Shown piece by piece: positions 27,101 to 39,308 of a stretch of DNA of 64,000 bases (its first letter is position 1; each line of letters starts with the position of its first letter). Location: positions 17,856,001-17,920,000 of the forward strand of contig OZ024746.1 in the NCBI GenBank assembly GCA_964016885.1, read 5' to 3'. The position numbers and the translations under genes were made by a program. Below the pieces are notes generated by a model. The model did no database searches and was not told where the DNA came from. It was given only the letters and a program-made list of their open reading frames with translations. The DNA comes from Eledone cirrhosa. Taxonomy: Eukaryota.

Positions 27101-27567
27101 GCTACTCCCACACAATCCCAGCGTGCGTCTAAGATGCCATTCCAGTCCCCCGCTAACAGTAAAGGGCGAGACGTACCCAGAAAGGTCTCCAGGCGCCTAA
27201 AGAAGTCAGGTCGTCCGGCCCCTGTAGGGGCGTAGGCGGCCAGTAGTCTAAAGGCACCACCTTCGCTACTGCTCACATCCAAGACCACCAACTTACCGTC
27301 CGGGTCCCGGAAGATCGACCTTACCTCGAGATCCAGTCCTTTCCGAAACAGCACTGCCACCCCACCCCCCATTCCCGGCCTGTTAACAGATGCGAAGATC
27401 TGATAGTCGTTGAAAATGGGGGCTAGTGCACGCGTGTCGGAAATTCTGGTCTCGCTTACGGCAATCACATCCATTTCCAGCGACCGGAGGTCGTTGAGCA
27501 GGCGACCCTGCTTCCAGGGTGACCCCAGGCCGCGAACATTTAAACTTCCTACTCTTAATATGGCCAT
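24145..27567 (-). CDS. LINE ORF2: AP endonuclease + reverse transcriptase + C-terminal Zn knuckle (1140 aa)
   Basis: SLNVRGL, SET, GDWN, SDH (APE); [32 protein letters not shown] (RT); CPRC..ETVLHALVQC. Confidence 0.95.
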   Translation of the reverse strand: MAILRVGSLNVRGLGSPWKQGRLLNDLRSLEMDVIAVSETRISDTRALAPIFNDYQIFASVNRPGMGGGVAVLFRKGLDLEVRSIFRDPDGKLVVLDVSSSEGGAFRLLAAYAPTGAGRPDFFRRLETFLGTSRPLLLAGDWNGILDARWDCVGVADRSGGCKSLKHLLSQFQLSDRYRLDFPNVPVWTWTNRMGSSRSYIDRIFIRKIDRNSVGCPLFKTIAYSDHKFVICTVDLNKTRRLGPGYWKLNMSFPARKAYRDRVNKLVKQKLIGGIINNRWWGALKREIRVTSIEFSKELALEKNRKEGELVDKLDEAICSGIATDVLAARMALNHFFDAKHEGCIVRAKARALRNEGTKAVRWARVAESQRGNKTTIRSLADRDGHEISDSKRMCEAFRQHFARLFGESGGSERVADFSPYLDGLPRISTVDAERCERPITSAEIQDALVSCMRRKSPGLDGLPYELYVNMPDLFSELLEALYCNWQQNGSIPSSVSRGVVTLIRKDENKRDTLDNFRPITLLNTEFKILAKVLAKRLALVVEDLVGEAQTCAIPARSIHDNLHLMRYIIERVGCKPGFGGALINLDQSKAFDRVDHRYLEFVLKAAGFGPVFRSWIVAMHSGTRSVVKVNGHLSEPFRLSRSVRQGCPLSSLLYVLTLEPLLRKLELLQGIPLEPGRGKAVSAYADDITVMVSNTSEIKVVGTLLKEYERLTGAKLKPEKSVGLQLGTWRGKPMPSNSVVGRWTDGPVKLLGVWFGPDLQVEKNWDEVTSRVASLTQKWAGRKLSLKGRAEVANAYIASVIYYRLTVVPCPRSRLIKLEQLLFKFLWRGQVPLVRRSICCQHPLRGGLGMPWLMMRRHALRLRHLQIFCLNGEQVWSPFIRRAFPQLISLTELQSWVKKRPRLGDWHLECCQALTALYQAGNAISGTSTLEFYRGLVVGKCDDALGEALGLDEVELTSLYRRTFEPGTMDNFQKSLAWQCYRGALPVRDKLYRHGSAVRRTCPRCAQNDETVLHALVQCPCITDLWSYVEQLLSRVERIQLSAESIVKIEPPPSLGQEEQDIFLCLVAVAKEIIWWTRLKGLKTDTFLFGQSLINFFKFHLERRVRVEREVLPPSTFAKRWVNVARMARVNGPTLTMRL

Positions 27568-27576
27568 ATTGGTAAG

Positions 27577-28087
27577 CTAAGAGAGAGAGAGGGAAGGTTT
27601 ACTTACCTCCCGGGTCTTGTGAAGGTCGGGTGGTTCGACCTCCATGGTTGGTGGGGTTTCTTTTGGGAACCCCTTTAAAAGTCTTGATGTGGGTTTCACA
27701 TTCGGGTTTCCCACGTCTTGAGGAAAGCTCTCTCGAATTTCTTTGAAAGAATTGAGTGACATTCGGACCAGAAGCAAATCTTCTGGCACGCAAAATGTGC
27801 TCATTTCAAAAATCTCCCCCTCTGTTTGAATGTCCTCGCTTCGCGCTAAGAGGGCCATCAGTTTATCGTTGGCCCTTCTGACACGCACAAAGTTTTTAAC
27901 ATTTTGTTGGTGTGGTTTTATTTGTTTTCGTTTTGGTGTAGGTGGTGGCGATGGTTTTGGTGGTGTTGTTTCGGGTATGTCTATGTTTGTTGTAGGTGTG
28001 GTGTCTGCAATTTCAGGTATTTGTGTGTTTATTTGTACTTGTGTTTGTTTAGGTTGTTTGCGTTTCGGGGATTGTGGAGGAGGTGTC
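27577..28087 (-). CDS. C-terminal remnant of LINE ORF1
   Basis: Pro/Thr/Lys-rich open frame ending 9 nt before the ORF2 ATG. The poly-Leu start in the ORF track is flanking microsatellite. Confidence 0.6.
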
Positions 28088-29089
28088 GATGATAATAATA
28101 ATAATAATAACAATAACATTGAAGATAGATAAGATTGTTATCGCTATTGTTGTTCTTGCTGCTGCTGTTGTTGTTGTTGTTTAGCTCCAGGTCAGTTCTG
28201 AATGAGAATAACTTTGATCATCATAGCCATTCTAGCTATGACCCTCCCCCTCTGCAACATATAACATCCAGGACTACATTATACAATATGTCCTGTCATT
28301 TTTTTTGTTTTTGTTGTTGTTAATATAATATGGAGGGATGTGATTTTGAGGCAGATTTAACTGTTACTTCCTGTTTGTCAAGTGACTACTGAGAGTTTTC
28401 CTCATCTACTGACAGTAAATGAACATGATGATGATGATGATGAGAGTGATGGTGGTGATGATGGAGAGGATAATGATGATGATGAAGATGATAATGATGG
28501 CGAAGATGCTTAATTCTACATTGGTGGCAACTGGTAAAACCTTTTTCTGAGAAAGATTATCTGTGAGAGACTAGCAGCCTATCCAGGAGAAAAACTAACA
28601 CTTATCTGCATAATATTACAAAAACTGATGTTAAGGAAAGAATCTATAGAAAGAACCTAGTGATTTCAGAAAGGGGTGATCTCCTAGGCTCAATCCTTAA
28701 ACTAATTCTACCATTACCTGCATGTATTTTTATCAGTTTATCAGGGTTCACTCAGGTTGGGTTGAGCTGGCTCCAATCTGTGTATCCATATCTTTGCAAA
28801 CAGAAGTCAGCCATGCATGGTAACTACAGACTTAGTCAACAGGTAGCGGTGGCAGTGGTGGTGGTGATGATGGTTTAAGGTTATGGTGGTACTGTTAATG
28901 GTAGTGGTGGTGATGGTGGTGGTAGTGGTGATGTTGGTGTGATGATGATGACGATTCATTCTGAAAATAGCTTCAACTTTCAATGGTAACAATCTTATAT
29001 TATATAGCATTGTTATCAATATACTCAAGCTTATAGAAGCAAATCTAATCCACATGCCACCACCACAAATTAAACTTAAGAGTCAGTCT

Positions 29090-29228
29090 GCCTCGTGGTC
29101 CCCGTCAACAGGATGTAGAAGATATTGCCCTGGAGGGCAGCAAGGGAGAGGCGTTGGAACAACCACTCCACCTTGCGGAGCTCGCACATGCGGGTAGCCA
29201 ACTCTGCTCCAATATTAGTGAGCAACAG
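29090..29228 (-). pseudogene. CRE-like (RLE-type) non-LTR retrotransposon C-terminal fragment
   Basis: Minus strand reads IGAELATRMCELRKVEWLFQRLSLAALQGNIFYIL, resembling the LFQRLS.A..RGN terminal motif of CRE-clade elements. Confidence 0.55.
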
Positions 29229-29483
29229 GTTTATATATTTTTTCTTATACCTTACAGAAAATCTCTGATAAAAAGATATTCTGGCAGGATGGATTGTCTC
29301 AATCTATTGGGATGGTTAGTACCGTTCTTGGTCTTGGAAACTGCAGTAAGGGAACTTAGTGAAGGCTTCTAGCTTTAGGGTGCTTAACAAAGACTATATC
29401 CCTAAGGAGAGATGCATATGAAGTATTCTTTTTAGAATACTTTATTGAGATCTACCCATCAATGATTTTGTATAAGATGTTCA

Positions 29484-30202
29484 ATCATCATCATCATCAT
29501 AATCATCACCGTTTTACGTCCGTTCTTCCACAATAGGATAGGTTAGACAGGTTGTTCTGTTGTGGGCAGTGTCCGGTCGGCTGACTTTGTCTTGCTCATA
29601 CTGGAACTGATTCTGGCATGATTTCTACAGCTGGATGCCCTTCCTAACACAAACCTCATTTACAGTGAGTGCTGGGTGCCTTTTTTCTGTGGCACCTGCA
29701 CGTCCACTTTACATTATGGGCTGGGTGCGTTTTTGCCGCGGCACCTCCACAACCACTTTGCAGTGGGAGGGGGTGGGGGCATATTGTCTATATGCTTCAG
29801 CTTCGGCTTGTACCCATGGTAAGTCGGGTCTTCTGTATTACTGTGTGACGCCAGAGGTCACGGTCATGTGTCATCACCTTTGAGAGGTGCAATTGGGTAA
29901 GGTCGGCTTTTATCACCTCATCCCAGATCTCCCCACGGCTTCCATCGACTTCTAGTGCTCTGCACTTTTTTATGCAGCTGTCATCCTTCATACACATCAC
30001 ATGTCCATACCAACGCAACCTCCTCTCCTGCACACAGCATTTGATTCCTCTTATGCTCAGTCCCTCTCTCAATTCGTTTATGCTTTGTCGTTCACGTATA
30101 TTACACATCCATCAGAACATGCGAGCTTCGTTTCTTTCTAATCTGCGCAAGTCTTCTACATACAACGCCCAGGTCTCACTACCATGTAGCATTGCTGTTC
30201 GT
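29484..30202 (-). mobile_element. 5'-truncated RTE LINE copy
   Basis: Highly similar to 58125-58850 (RERQSINELRE...); (GAT)n tail. Confidence 0.92.
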
Positions 30203-30574
30203 ATGTGTGGATATATAATATATATATATATATACAACCTGAACTAAATATATATATATATATTGATGATGATGATGATATATATATGCAGGGCGGTAGA
30301 ACGGGGGGGGGGGGGGCAATATTTATATTTTTCTCCCCAAACTACCAAAACACATTTGTTTGTATATACGCTACAATTTATGTACATGTTATGTTTATCG
30401 CATATCAAAGTTTCTTATATCTTGGTTGATATTTGATAACAGCTAAACTAATCACTACAAGTAAATTGACCAAATTTGCCCCCCCCCCCCCCCATTCAAA
30501 AATGCTTCCACCACCCCTGATATATGTATATTCACACACTATATATATATATATATACATACATATATATATAT

Positions 30575-30830
30575 AAAAGGTAAACAGAAATAACAACACA
30601 ATGGGTACAGTATATGGAAGGGATATATTAGGTTAACGCTTGATATAGTAGGAAGAGGGTTTTAACGTTTCGGATGCTAGTCCTTCATCAGAAGAAAGAA
30701 TGAGAAATAAAATAGATTGAGAGGTTGGAATTGGAAAAAATGTCTTTAGATAAAAATAACAGGTCCATTCATGTTGACATCTCTTGCAAAACTGTTGGTG
30801 CTGGCATTTTATGTATGATTTATTTTTTAG
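30575..30830 (-). mobile_element. Hammerhead-containing dispersed repeat (family B), copy 4
   Basis: Minus strand TCTT CTGATGA A GGAc tagc aTCC GAAACGTT AAAA at 30660-30695; abuts (TA)n. Confidence 0.7.
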
Positions 30831-33800
30831 AAACGTGGGTGATGGAGCGCGTCTACCTGAAATGGGAAAAAAAACGTTTTGTAAAAAGAACTATACTTGT
30901 GCACGTGTGTAAGCATGTGTGTGTGTGTGTTATTATACGTCCGTATGAAACTAAGAAATGTGTGTGTATATGTGAGTAAAAGAGTGTGTGTGCATGTAAG
31001 TACAAAGCTCACACTACACATACTCCAGCACAAAAAAACATTAAGACTATTCTCATTATTTCCTGCCAGACAAATTATTCCATGTGCTGACATGTTTTCT
31101 ATGAGATAATATCGTAAGTGGGTCATTGCAGTAAGTGGGTCTCTCTATGAAATTAGGTTCAAATTTTGGCAGCCATTCATTCATGCATTCCTTCATCTGA
31201 TCATTCGTTTAATCATTCATTCTCCTTAGTTTCAGAGCTTCCTGTTCTCCAGTTGTTGGCAGCTATGTCTCATAGATTTACTGATAATTATTTCTAAAAT
31301 ACTCTCTTATGTGATTTAAACAAATATACTAGAAAATATTAATGTCAACAATAACATGTTCTGTTGTTATACAAACACACACACCTAACATACACCCTAT
31401 ACACACACACTCCCATGCATTCTATTGTTTATTGTCCCACAACAGTTTATTCAAGAAAAAGACATTTGTTAAATCCCAATTTCTGAATTACAGAATTATC
31501 AGTGAGAAATGTCTTTTGAAAGCTTAATAACGGGTTGTTGTTTAGACACTGGTCAGTACTGGTTGTTGTTGTTGCTGTTTAGACCCAGGTCAGTATTGAT
31601 TGAGAAAACCTAAAAACTGGTTGTTGTTTAGACCTATGATCAAAAAGCATTCCAGCTGTGACTATCCTGACTTTCTTTACATCAGATATTACATTATCTA
31701 GAATATCCTTTATTTAAAATGGTAGGGAGCAAGTTAATGAATACTTGGACTGCCTTGTCTAGCATAGCAAGTGATCTTATAAAGGAGGCTTCCTTGTTAA
31801 TTAGGTCTCCTGTTATCTGAAGAAGGATGTCTATTTAGTTTCACTTCCTGTAGTTATGTTAAAATTGTTATATGACACTCCTTTACTGGATTGACAGGTG
31901 AACAAAATACAGGTAGTTTTATTGATTTAACTGTGAAAAGAAACTTAAATTCATACCTTTAGAGTTGTAAGATATTTATTTAGTGTATTCTAGTACAAAT
32001 TTGGGATTAACAAGTACAGGAAATAGGATTGCTTCTTGGTGACTTCATAGTAATAGTGAATTGTATAGAGAAGAATTAAGACAATTTTTTATAGTCAAGG
32101 CCATACTTTCACCTGATGAGGCCTTAAGCTATATCAAATTTGATGAACTTCTCTAAAAATATAATAATTATTTTTTATATTAATGTTAATGATAAAGACT
32201 AAATAAAACACATACACATATATATAATTCTATGTTAAGGTATCAATACATATAAAAAGTATGATTATCATGTTTCTCAATAAAAAGATCTCAATGGACT
32301 TTAGTTCAGACCATCACTATATATATATATATAATTTTTGATGATTTAGGGGTAAATGATCTAAATAGTTTGGGTATCACTGATCTAAAGCAATCTTTAA
32401 TATATTGCCTGGTCAAACTGTTTACAACAGAATATATTCAACTGGCAGGCCATTGATCACAGGTATTCTAGCTAAGACAATCCCATCTTTTTAGGGTATC
32501 TAGGACTACATATCCTGCAATGGACTGGTGTCCTGACTAGTGGGGAGAGTCTTGTACTTTCAGTCATTTAACACCACAGAAACCAAGATAAATACCAGCC
32601 TGATGAGCCTCAAGGCTTGAGACAGACTTTGGAGGACTACACTATTCTTTGCTCTTTTTAGCAGTTTAAGATGACATGTAGAGGGTTCCTCATTAGCTAG
32701 TCATAGTTAGTGCTGTTTTCATATGTAATTATTTATTTACTCTAGCAGGTCAAGACGATCATAGAAGTGAGTAGAGGATCCACCATTAGCTTGTTACTGA
32801 TAGTGCTGCTATCATATGTAATTATTATTATCACCTACAGTATTATTTCCCCGTGTGTTACAAACCAAAGCATATCCTATTTAAAGCCAGCAAAGGAGAC
32901 ATATTTCTACCTGACCTCAAGGTGAGGTTACTTTGTTGATTCACAGCCATATCTTTGGTTGCTTATCGCAACAGTAATGCAGACACAACATGGAGCTGGA
33001 CTAACATTGTCAAGTATCTTCATATTCATGACTGAACATGTAAAGATTGTTGGTTCTCTGCACAATTAACAATGGCTAAATGTTGCAATATGTCTACAGA
33101 TGGCATAGTTGGACTGAGTGGTTAAATAAAATACACAGTATTTCAAATGCTAGATGAAATATACTTCTAAACTAGTGTTTCATCAAAGTGTATTACTAAA
33201 AATTTTTAGGTGCCTTCAAGATAAGGTGACCTTTAATAAAATTTAGTAAAAATATATTATGCTTTTTTTAAAAATATATATGAATACATTCTTCATGGAA
33301 AACAATCTTTTATTCATACAACAAAAATCCTCCAAAATTGCTGTTCTTCACACCATTGTTTTACCATCACATACACACAGTTATCTAGTTCAAGATCCTT
33401 TCTGATCACTTCTACTCAACAGCTGTCCTTTTGATAAACCTTAAAAAGAGTATTTCAAAGCTAGGTCTCCTTATCAAACTCTTCTTTTTCTCTCTCTTTA
33501 GAGAATATATCTCAATCTATGGAAGAAATACTGTATCCCTTTTGTACCTACTTGAAGTCAAATATTAAATAATGGTGTGTGCACGTGCACATACAGAGTG
33601 TGTGTGTGTGCCATACAGAGAAAGAGTGAGTGAGAGAAAGAATGGTGGTATGCGGTAACTTCTTTATAATTTCTATGAATAAATTTTTGTTGTTTCTTAT
33701 AATAATTTTTCTTATTAATGTATTAAAATAATATCATCTATAAAAGGTTTCCAAAACAGAATGTTCTGAACATGTTAGAGATAAGATAAATATTGTTTTA

Positions 33801-35382
33801 TAAAACAAATACTCTGTATATCTTAGTCTATATTATATTTATAAATATATTATGTTTATATATGTTAATGTAAAAGTATATTAGAAGCACATCTTGAATA
33901 TATTCTTCTGAATCATGTTGAGGCTTGACATATTTATTCCCCTGTTGGATATGGTACGAACCCATAATTCTTGAAGGAGTTGTAGGGATCCCTTATTGAC
34001 ATACAGCATTTCTTAGGGTATTTTTAAACTGGTGGAGCCCATCTCCCCTCCAGGTCTGAAAACAGTAGATTTGTTCCAGAGAAGGATGAGAATTGAAGTG
34101 AGAAAGATATAGAGGAAGAATCAATACCAGTACTAGACTGGTACTTTATTTAACCGACCTCGAATGGATGAAAGGCAAAGTTGACTTCAGCAAGATTTGA
34201 ACATAGAGAGCCAGATCAAATACTACAAAGCATTCTATTCAACGTTCTACCGACTACCAATTTGCCACCTATCTTCCTCAGCTTAGATCTTCCAAATTCC
34301 TATATTGACAATATCTTGCTGGACAACTTAAATTATTCTTGTGAATGTAATCCTGAATAGATACTAGGTTTTATGGAAAAAAACTGAAAAGGAATTATTT
34401 CTATAATTTATGAGACAAGGGTTGTTGTGTAAAAAGTGTTAAACTATTCACAAGAAATGTATACAAATGTTACTTGTGTTGTAATCCTGAGTTACACAGC
34501 ATAACTCTAATTGCTTTATGGATGCTGTTTTCATCGATGGTTGAGTGGTTAGCAGAAGGAACATTATCCAGCAGTAAAAAAGATGTAAAATTGAGAAAAA
34601 TAATATCTGAAAAAAATCAACATGAAAGATTAGTTCTAGCTTGTTATTTGAAGAAAAGATATTTTATTATCTTGATTTGATAGTTTAAGCTATAAGATTA
34701 CCCAAAGAAGCTTATTCCAGCATTTGATTCAGCCATTATAAACAGAAATATTCACCACTGCAAGTCTGTACATCATTACATCGTATTGGAAGCATTCCTT
34801 ATTTGTATTGCATTTAGTCCAGAGTTATATTCCATTGTTGTTCATTAGCAAAGTTGATCTGAAAATATATATGCAACATTTAGCAGTTCAATTAATACGT
34901 ATATATATACTGTAAAATGGTCATTTTGGTGCCATGATAAAAGGCACCTAGTTCACACTGTAAATGTAGTTGACATTAGGAAGGGCATCTAGCTGTAGAA
35001 ACCAAGCCAGAAACAGTCTTGCATGAGCAAGACTTGGTCATCTAATCTGACTTGTCTCACAACAGGACAACCTGTATGACCCATGCTAGCGTGGGGAAAT
35101 GGACGATAAATGATGATGATGATGACATATATATATATATATATATATCAAAAATCCATTTGTCAAAGAGTTAAATTTTTGAAGTTAACACCTGCTTATA
35201 ACATTTGTAATATTTTCTAATGTAACGAAGCTATGGTGGCTGCGGTGGTAAGAGACTCTCAGGAGAGGTGGACAGCAAAAGGTCTTCAGAGAAGAAATCC
35301 CGCTTCAAGCAAGTATTTATATATATATTTTATAAAAAATTTTAAAAATTAAAAAAATTTCCGCTCTACATGGCTGAATACA

Positions 35383-35984
35383 ATAAATGTAATCTGAGTT
35401 TTTCGATTTTTAATAACATTCGATTTGTTTGCAATTATGCAAACAAGCCTCGTTTTTAAAGCCATGTCAGTAGAATGAACACTTCATTCTTGCTCTTGTG
35501 TTGGCATGTAAACAGAACTGCAGACACTAATGTTTCTGGGTATCACGCTTCATCAGTACAGCTCACTGTTTACCTGCCAACTGTCAGAGATATTGAAAAT
35601 ATATGCTATTTTCTAAAATATACAGTGACTGACCAGCCGGATTTGCATATTAGCAGACTGTCTGATCAGTCAGATCTGCATATTAGGAGATCTACTGATC
35701 AGCCAGATTTGCATGTCAGCAGACTGGCCAGTCAGTTTCCTGTATACGAGCGATAAATGGTTGGCTTTGCCAAATTCAAAAATTTGGCAGGTGAACAGCG
35801 AGCTCTACTGATGAAGAGTGATAACCAGAAACGTTAGTGTCTGCAGTTCTGTTTACATGCCAACACAAGAGCAAGAATGAAGGGTTCATTCTACTGACAT
35901 GGCTTTAAAAATGAAGCTTGTTTGCCTAATTGCAAACGAATCGAATGTTATTATTAATATTCGAAAAACTCAGATTACATTTAT
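35383..35984. mobile_element. Hammerhead palindrome (PLE-like), diverged arms
   Basis: Arms 35383-35580 / 35784-35984; spacer has three ~33-bp repeats; the right end abuts (TA)n. Confidence 0.85.
35791..35856 (+). ncRNA. Type I hammerhead ribozyme with GUC cleavage triplet
   Basis: gtgaacagc gagct(c/g)ta-CTGATGA-agagtgataacca-GAAA-CG ttag TG-T-C-tgcagttctgtttac. Long stem I; stem II degenerate in both arms. Confidence 0.6.
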
Positions 35985-38369
35985 ATATATATATATATAT
36001 ATACATATATAGTAAGAAATTCTCGGGAGAGCTAGACAGTAGGTCTCAAGCATGTGTTTCGGCCCTTAACTTCTGCAAATCTTATTAATTATTTTACCTG
36101 TTGAAAAGAACATCTGCTGACATAGTATGTATTTGCTAACATAAAATTATTTTGTTTTAAATGAATTAAAGAGAAAGCATAATATATGAAAGAAAGGGAA
36201 TTTGCATTCAGTTCTATCAGTTAATTTTGCTTTCAAGGGAATTTTAACAGTTACTACGGTTATTTAGTAGTTGAGAAGGATTTTCTGTATAATCTGTGCT
36301 GAAAGGATCGCAGTTTCTCTGCTGGTACACAGCAGAAATATTCAGATTCTTTCAGTAATTCCACAGAGTGTTGGCATAGTGACAACATAAGATTGTGTAA
36401 ACCAGTCACATGTGTGTACAAAGACATGTTTATACACAAGAAATTCCTTACTGATATAGGTTAACAGTAAAGAGAAGAGGACAAACAGAAAAAGAACGAA
36501 AGAATTAGGGAAAAAATGATGTAGAATTTCAGACAGTGGGGGAATGATATGTGGCAGAGCGGAATGATGGGGAAGGAGGATGAAGAAATTCATAAATAAA
36601 TCAGACAAGCAGATTGTTATATTCTTAGAAACATGCAAATGTGTATATGTCTATATGAAAACCGCCCTACTGAGCTTTTACCATATAAAATCAACACGAG
36701 ATCTAAACAGTAAATCAGAAGTAGACTTACATAATGTAATCAGTAACGTTATAATAAATAAAAAAAAGGCGGCGAAAATGGTAGCTGATACTATGTAGAA
36801 AAATGATAGGGTTACAGTCATGTCGTTTATGACGAACAGAGTCATCACAAGGAACCTTGATGTGGTCAGTTTCCCATTACAACTAGAGCTTGTCAGCCAT
36901 GACCACGAGTTAGGTTAAACACCCAGCCAGACGAACTAACCTCTTTCCTGCTGTAGGGGTGGTAATCACTCCTCTTAGACACAGCATGTTGCCACACTCT
37001 CCGGTGCCAATCTCTTAGCCTGGATTGCAAACATGGTTGGCACCGCCAACAATGCTGAGGTATGGATGATTACTAAATACTATGTACTAACTGACCGTTT
37101 TCTATTTGTACTGATCGCCATCTAGACCTCATGTGTCCTTATCTCCAGGACTGAAGAAGGTAGAATAACTGGTGCTGCGAATATCGAGTATCGCTAGCTG
37201 TTCTCGGTGTCAATGCTTTTGTCATCTTGTTCAGAGAACTTAGCTGAGATGTTCTGCTCAGTCAAGCGTGTAGAGTTTACCCCCTCTTTATTTTTCTTAA
37301 CTGTTTTTTTTCTTTTCTCTCTGTTTGTAAATAAATACAATTGAATATGTTAAAAGTTCCGTTTAACACCTGTAATAAAAACAAAATTAATCCACTCGAC
37401 ATCTGTCGCCATTGTTACCACAATCTTCCACCTCTCATCTCCACCCATCTCTTCCCAGCACGCCATCATCATCACCTCAGCAGGTAACAACAGTGTATGG
37501 GTATGTCAATGGCTGAACATACCACCTCCAACTGTGTAGCAGTTGGATTAGCTTTCTTTCCTAAATACTGACCTACTACGACGACAAGCCACCCACTGAC
37601 CCATCAACAAGAAGACCTACGACAGCAACCAACAATAACCAGAGCCATCACCACCAACAACAACATCAACAACACCTACTACCACCATCAGCAACAGTCA
37701 CCGCCAACAAAAACAACCACCAAGATAAACAACAGTCACCACCGCCAACAACTACAACAACCACTACCACCAACAAGAAGACAAACAACACTCCACCGCC
37801 GCCAACAACATCCACCACCACCATCAACAACAACAACAGCTACCACCACCACCACCACTGTGAATCGACTTGAAAAGCATGACAAATAAATGATGATTTG
37901 TGGCGATAACGGAGCATTGCAGTGAGTATTTTGGGAATGTCAATGAACAAGCTAAACAGGGAAGACAAACATACAAACACAGACACAGAACCACCGCCGC
38001 CATCGACATATACTACAGCAGTAACTGCAGTTGTGATACACCGGTCTGGCCAGAAATAGTTGTTGTAACATTGACATAGAAACATGTTAGGCATCTGAGG
38101 TGGTGACTCTTGTTTGCTGTACTCTTTGTCTGGCTGCTGTTTAATTATATAATTTATGTCTGCACTTAAGGTGTGCATGTATGTATGTTTATATATTTAT
38201 GTGTTTATATCTATTTACATATATCAAAGCTCAATGTGATTTTATAGTCCACATCAAGATAGGTAAAAAAACAGTTCAGAGTTTAATCCAATCGGTAAAT
38301 TTCCAATCACAGTAGTATATATACGAGGGTCGGCTGAAAAGTTCTTAGGCTGATGAAGAAGCCCAAGAA

Positions 38370-38990
38370 ATCTACTCAAGCTGCAGTGTACAAGGCAGTG
38401 GTACTGCCAATCCTCATTTACTGCAGCGAGACGTGGACAATTCATTGCAGCTAGAGTCCTTTCACTTAATAACAATTAATCAGATATACATAATTGGTTA
38501 GTAAGGTAGTAGTGAGCATGGAAGTCTTTCAATATATTGGAATCACCAGCATGGAAGACATCCTCACCAAATTAAGGTTACATTAGGTAGGACATGTCAG
38601 GTGTAGAAAAAAGACATCCTTTACAGTGAACTTACATGTGGAACTAGAGTACAAGGCAAACAGAAAAAGCATTTCAGGTATGATCTTTAACAGACCCCGT
38701 AACACTACAAAATTCCCTTGTCTAGTTGGGAGGATGTAGCAAAAGACCAACAAGCCTGGTGCTCTCTTACAAATCAGTATCTGCCTGAACTGTCCAAGCT
38801 TAACTTTGACCAACTCAATGAGAGCAGAGACAGGTGCATGACTCAGCAGCTGCAGTGACGAACATCTGGTCTACCTGTGAAACATCTGTGGTTGAGTTTG
38901 TGGGTGCTGTATTGGACTTTAAACCCTTGTACGTGCCAATCACTGACTGCCATGAAGAGAAACATCATTGTTGACTTACACAGATGACAA
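38370..38990 (+). pseudogene. Degenerate RTE/BovB-like LINE 3' fragment
   Basis: KLQ.YKAVVLPILIYCSETWT motif with many disruptions. Preceded by a mariner-like TIR fragment tacgagggtcggctgaaaagtt (~38321-38352). Confidence 0.65.
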
Positions 38991-39273
38991 AGTAGAGTGT
39001 GTGTGTTTATGAATGTATGTGTGTGCATGTGTAGGCTCAGACATGGCTACATGGTTTAGTTTTAGGTTCACTTTCACTGTATGGCAATGTTTTCTACTAC
39101 AGCCTTAGGTTGACTAACACATTGTGAATGAAATTGGGTTGGCGTAAAATGTGTAGAAGTTCATCGTTTTATATATATATATCAAAAGAGATCAATATAT
39201 AATATAGCAATCATGCAGTTCAATGAGAGAAACCACATATCTAATATTTTGCAGAGAACAATATAATCAGTTA

Positions 39274-39307
<34 letters not shown>

Positions 39308-39308
<1 letters not shown>

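Larger units (their letters stand above)
23869..28087 (-). mobile_element. Tx1/L1-clade non-LTR retrotransposon, 5'-truncated in ORF1
   Basis: Intact ORF2 and partial ORF1; flanked by an 18-bp direct repeat gatgataataataataat (23851-23868 and 28088-28105). Confidence 0.92.

Noticed and set aside
24209-27235. Overlapping and antisense ORFs within the LINEs
   Set aside because: Shadow ORFs of GC-richer coding sequence.
32910-33105. Possible exons (also 34700-34857)
   Set aside because: Splice-like edges on the minus strand, but all three frames hit stops.
36794-37422. Possible solo LTR (TG...AATAAA...CA)
   Set aside because: No TSD, second copy or internal domain found.
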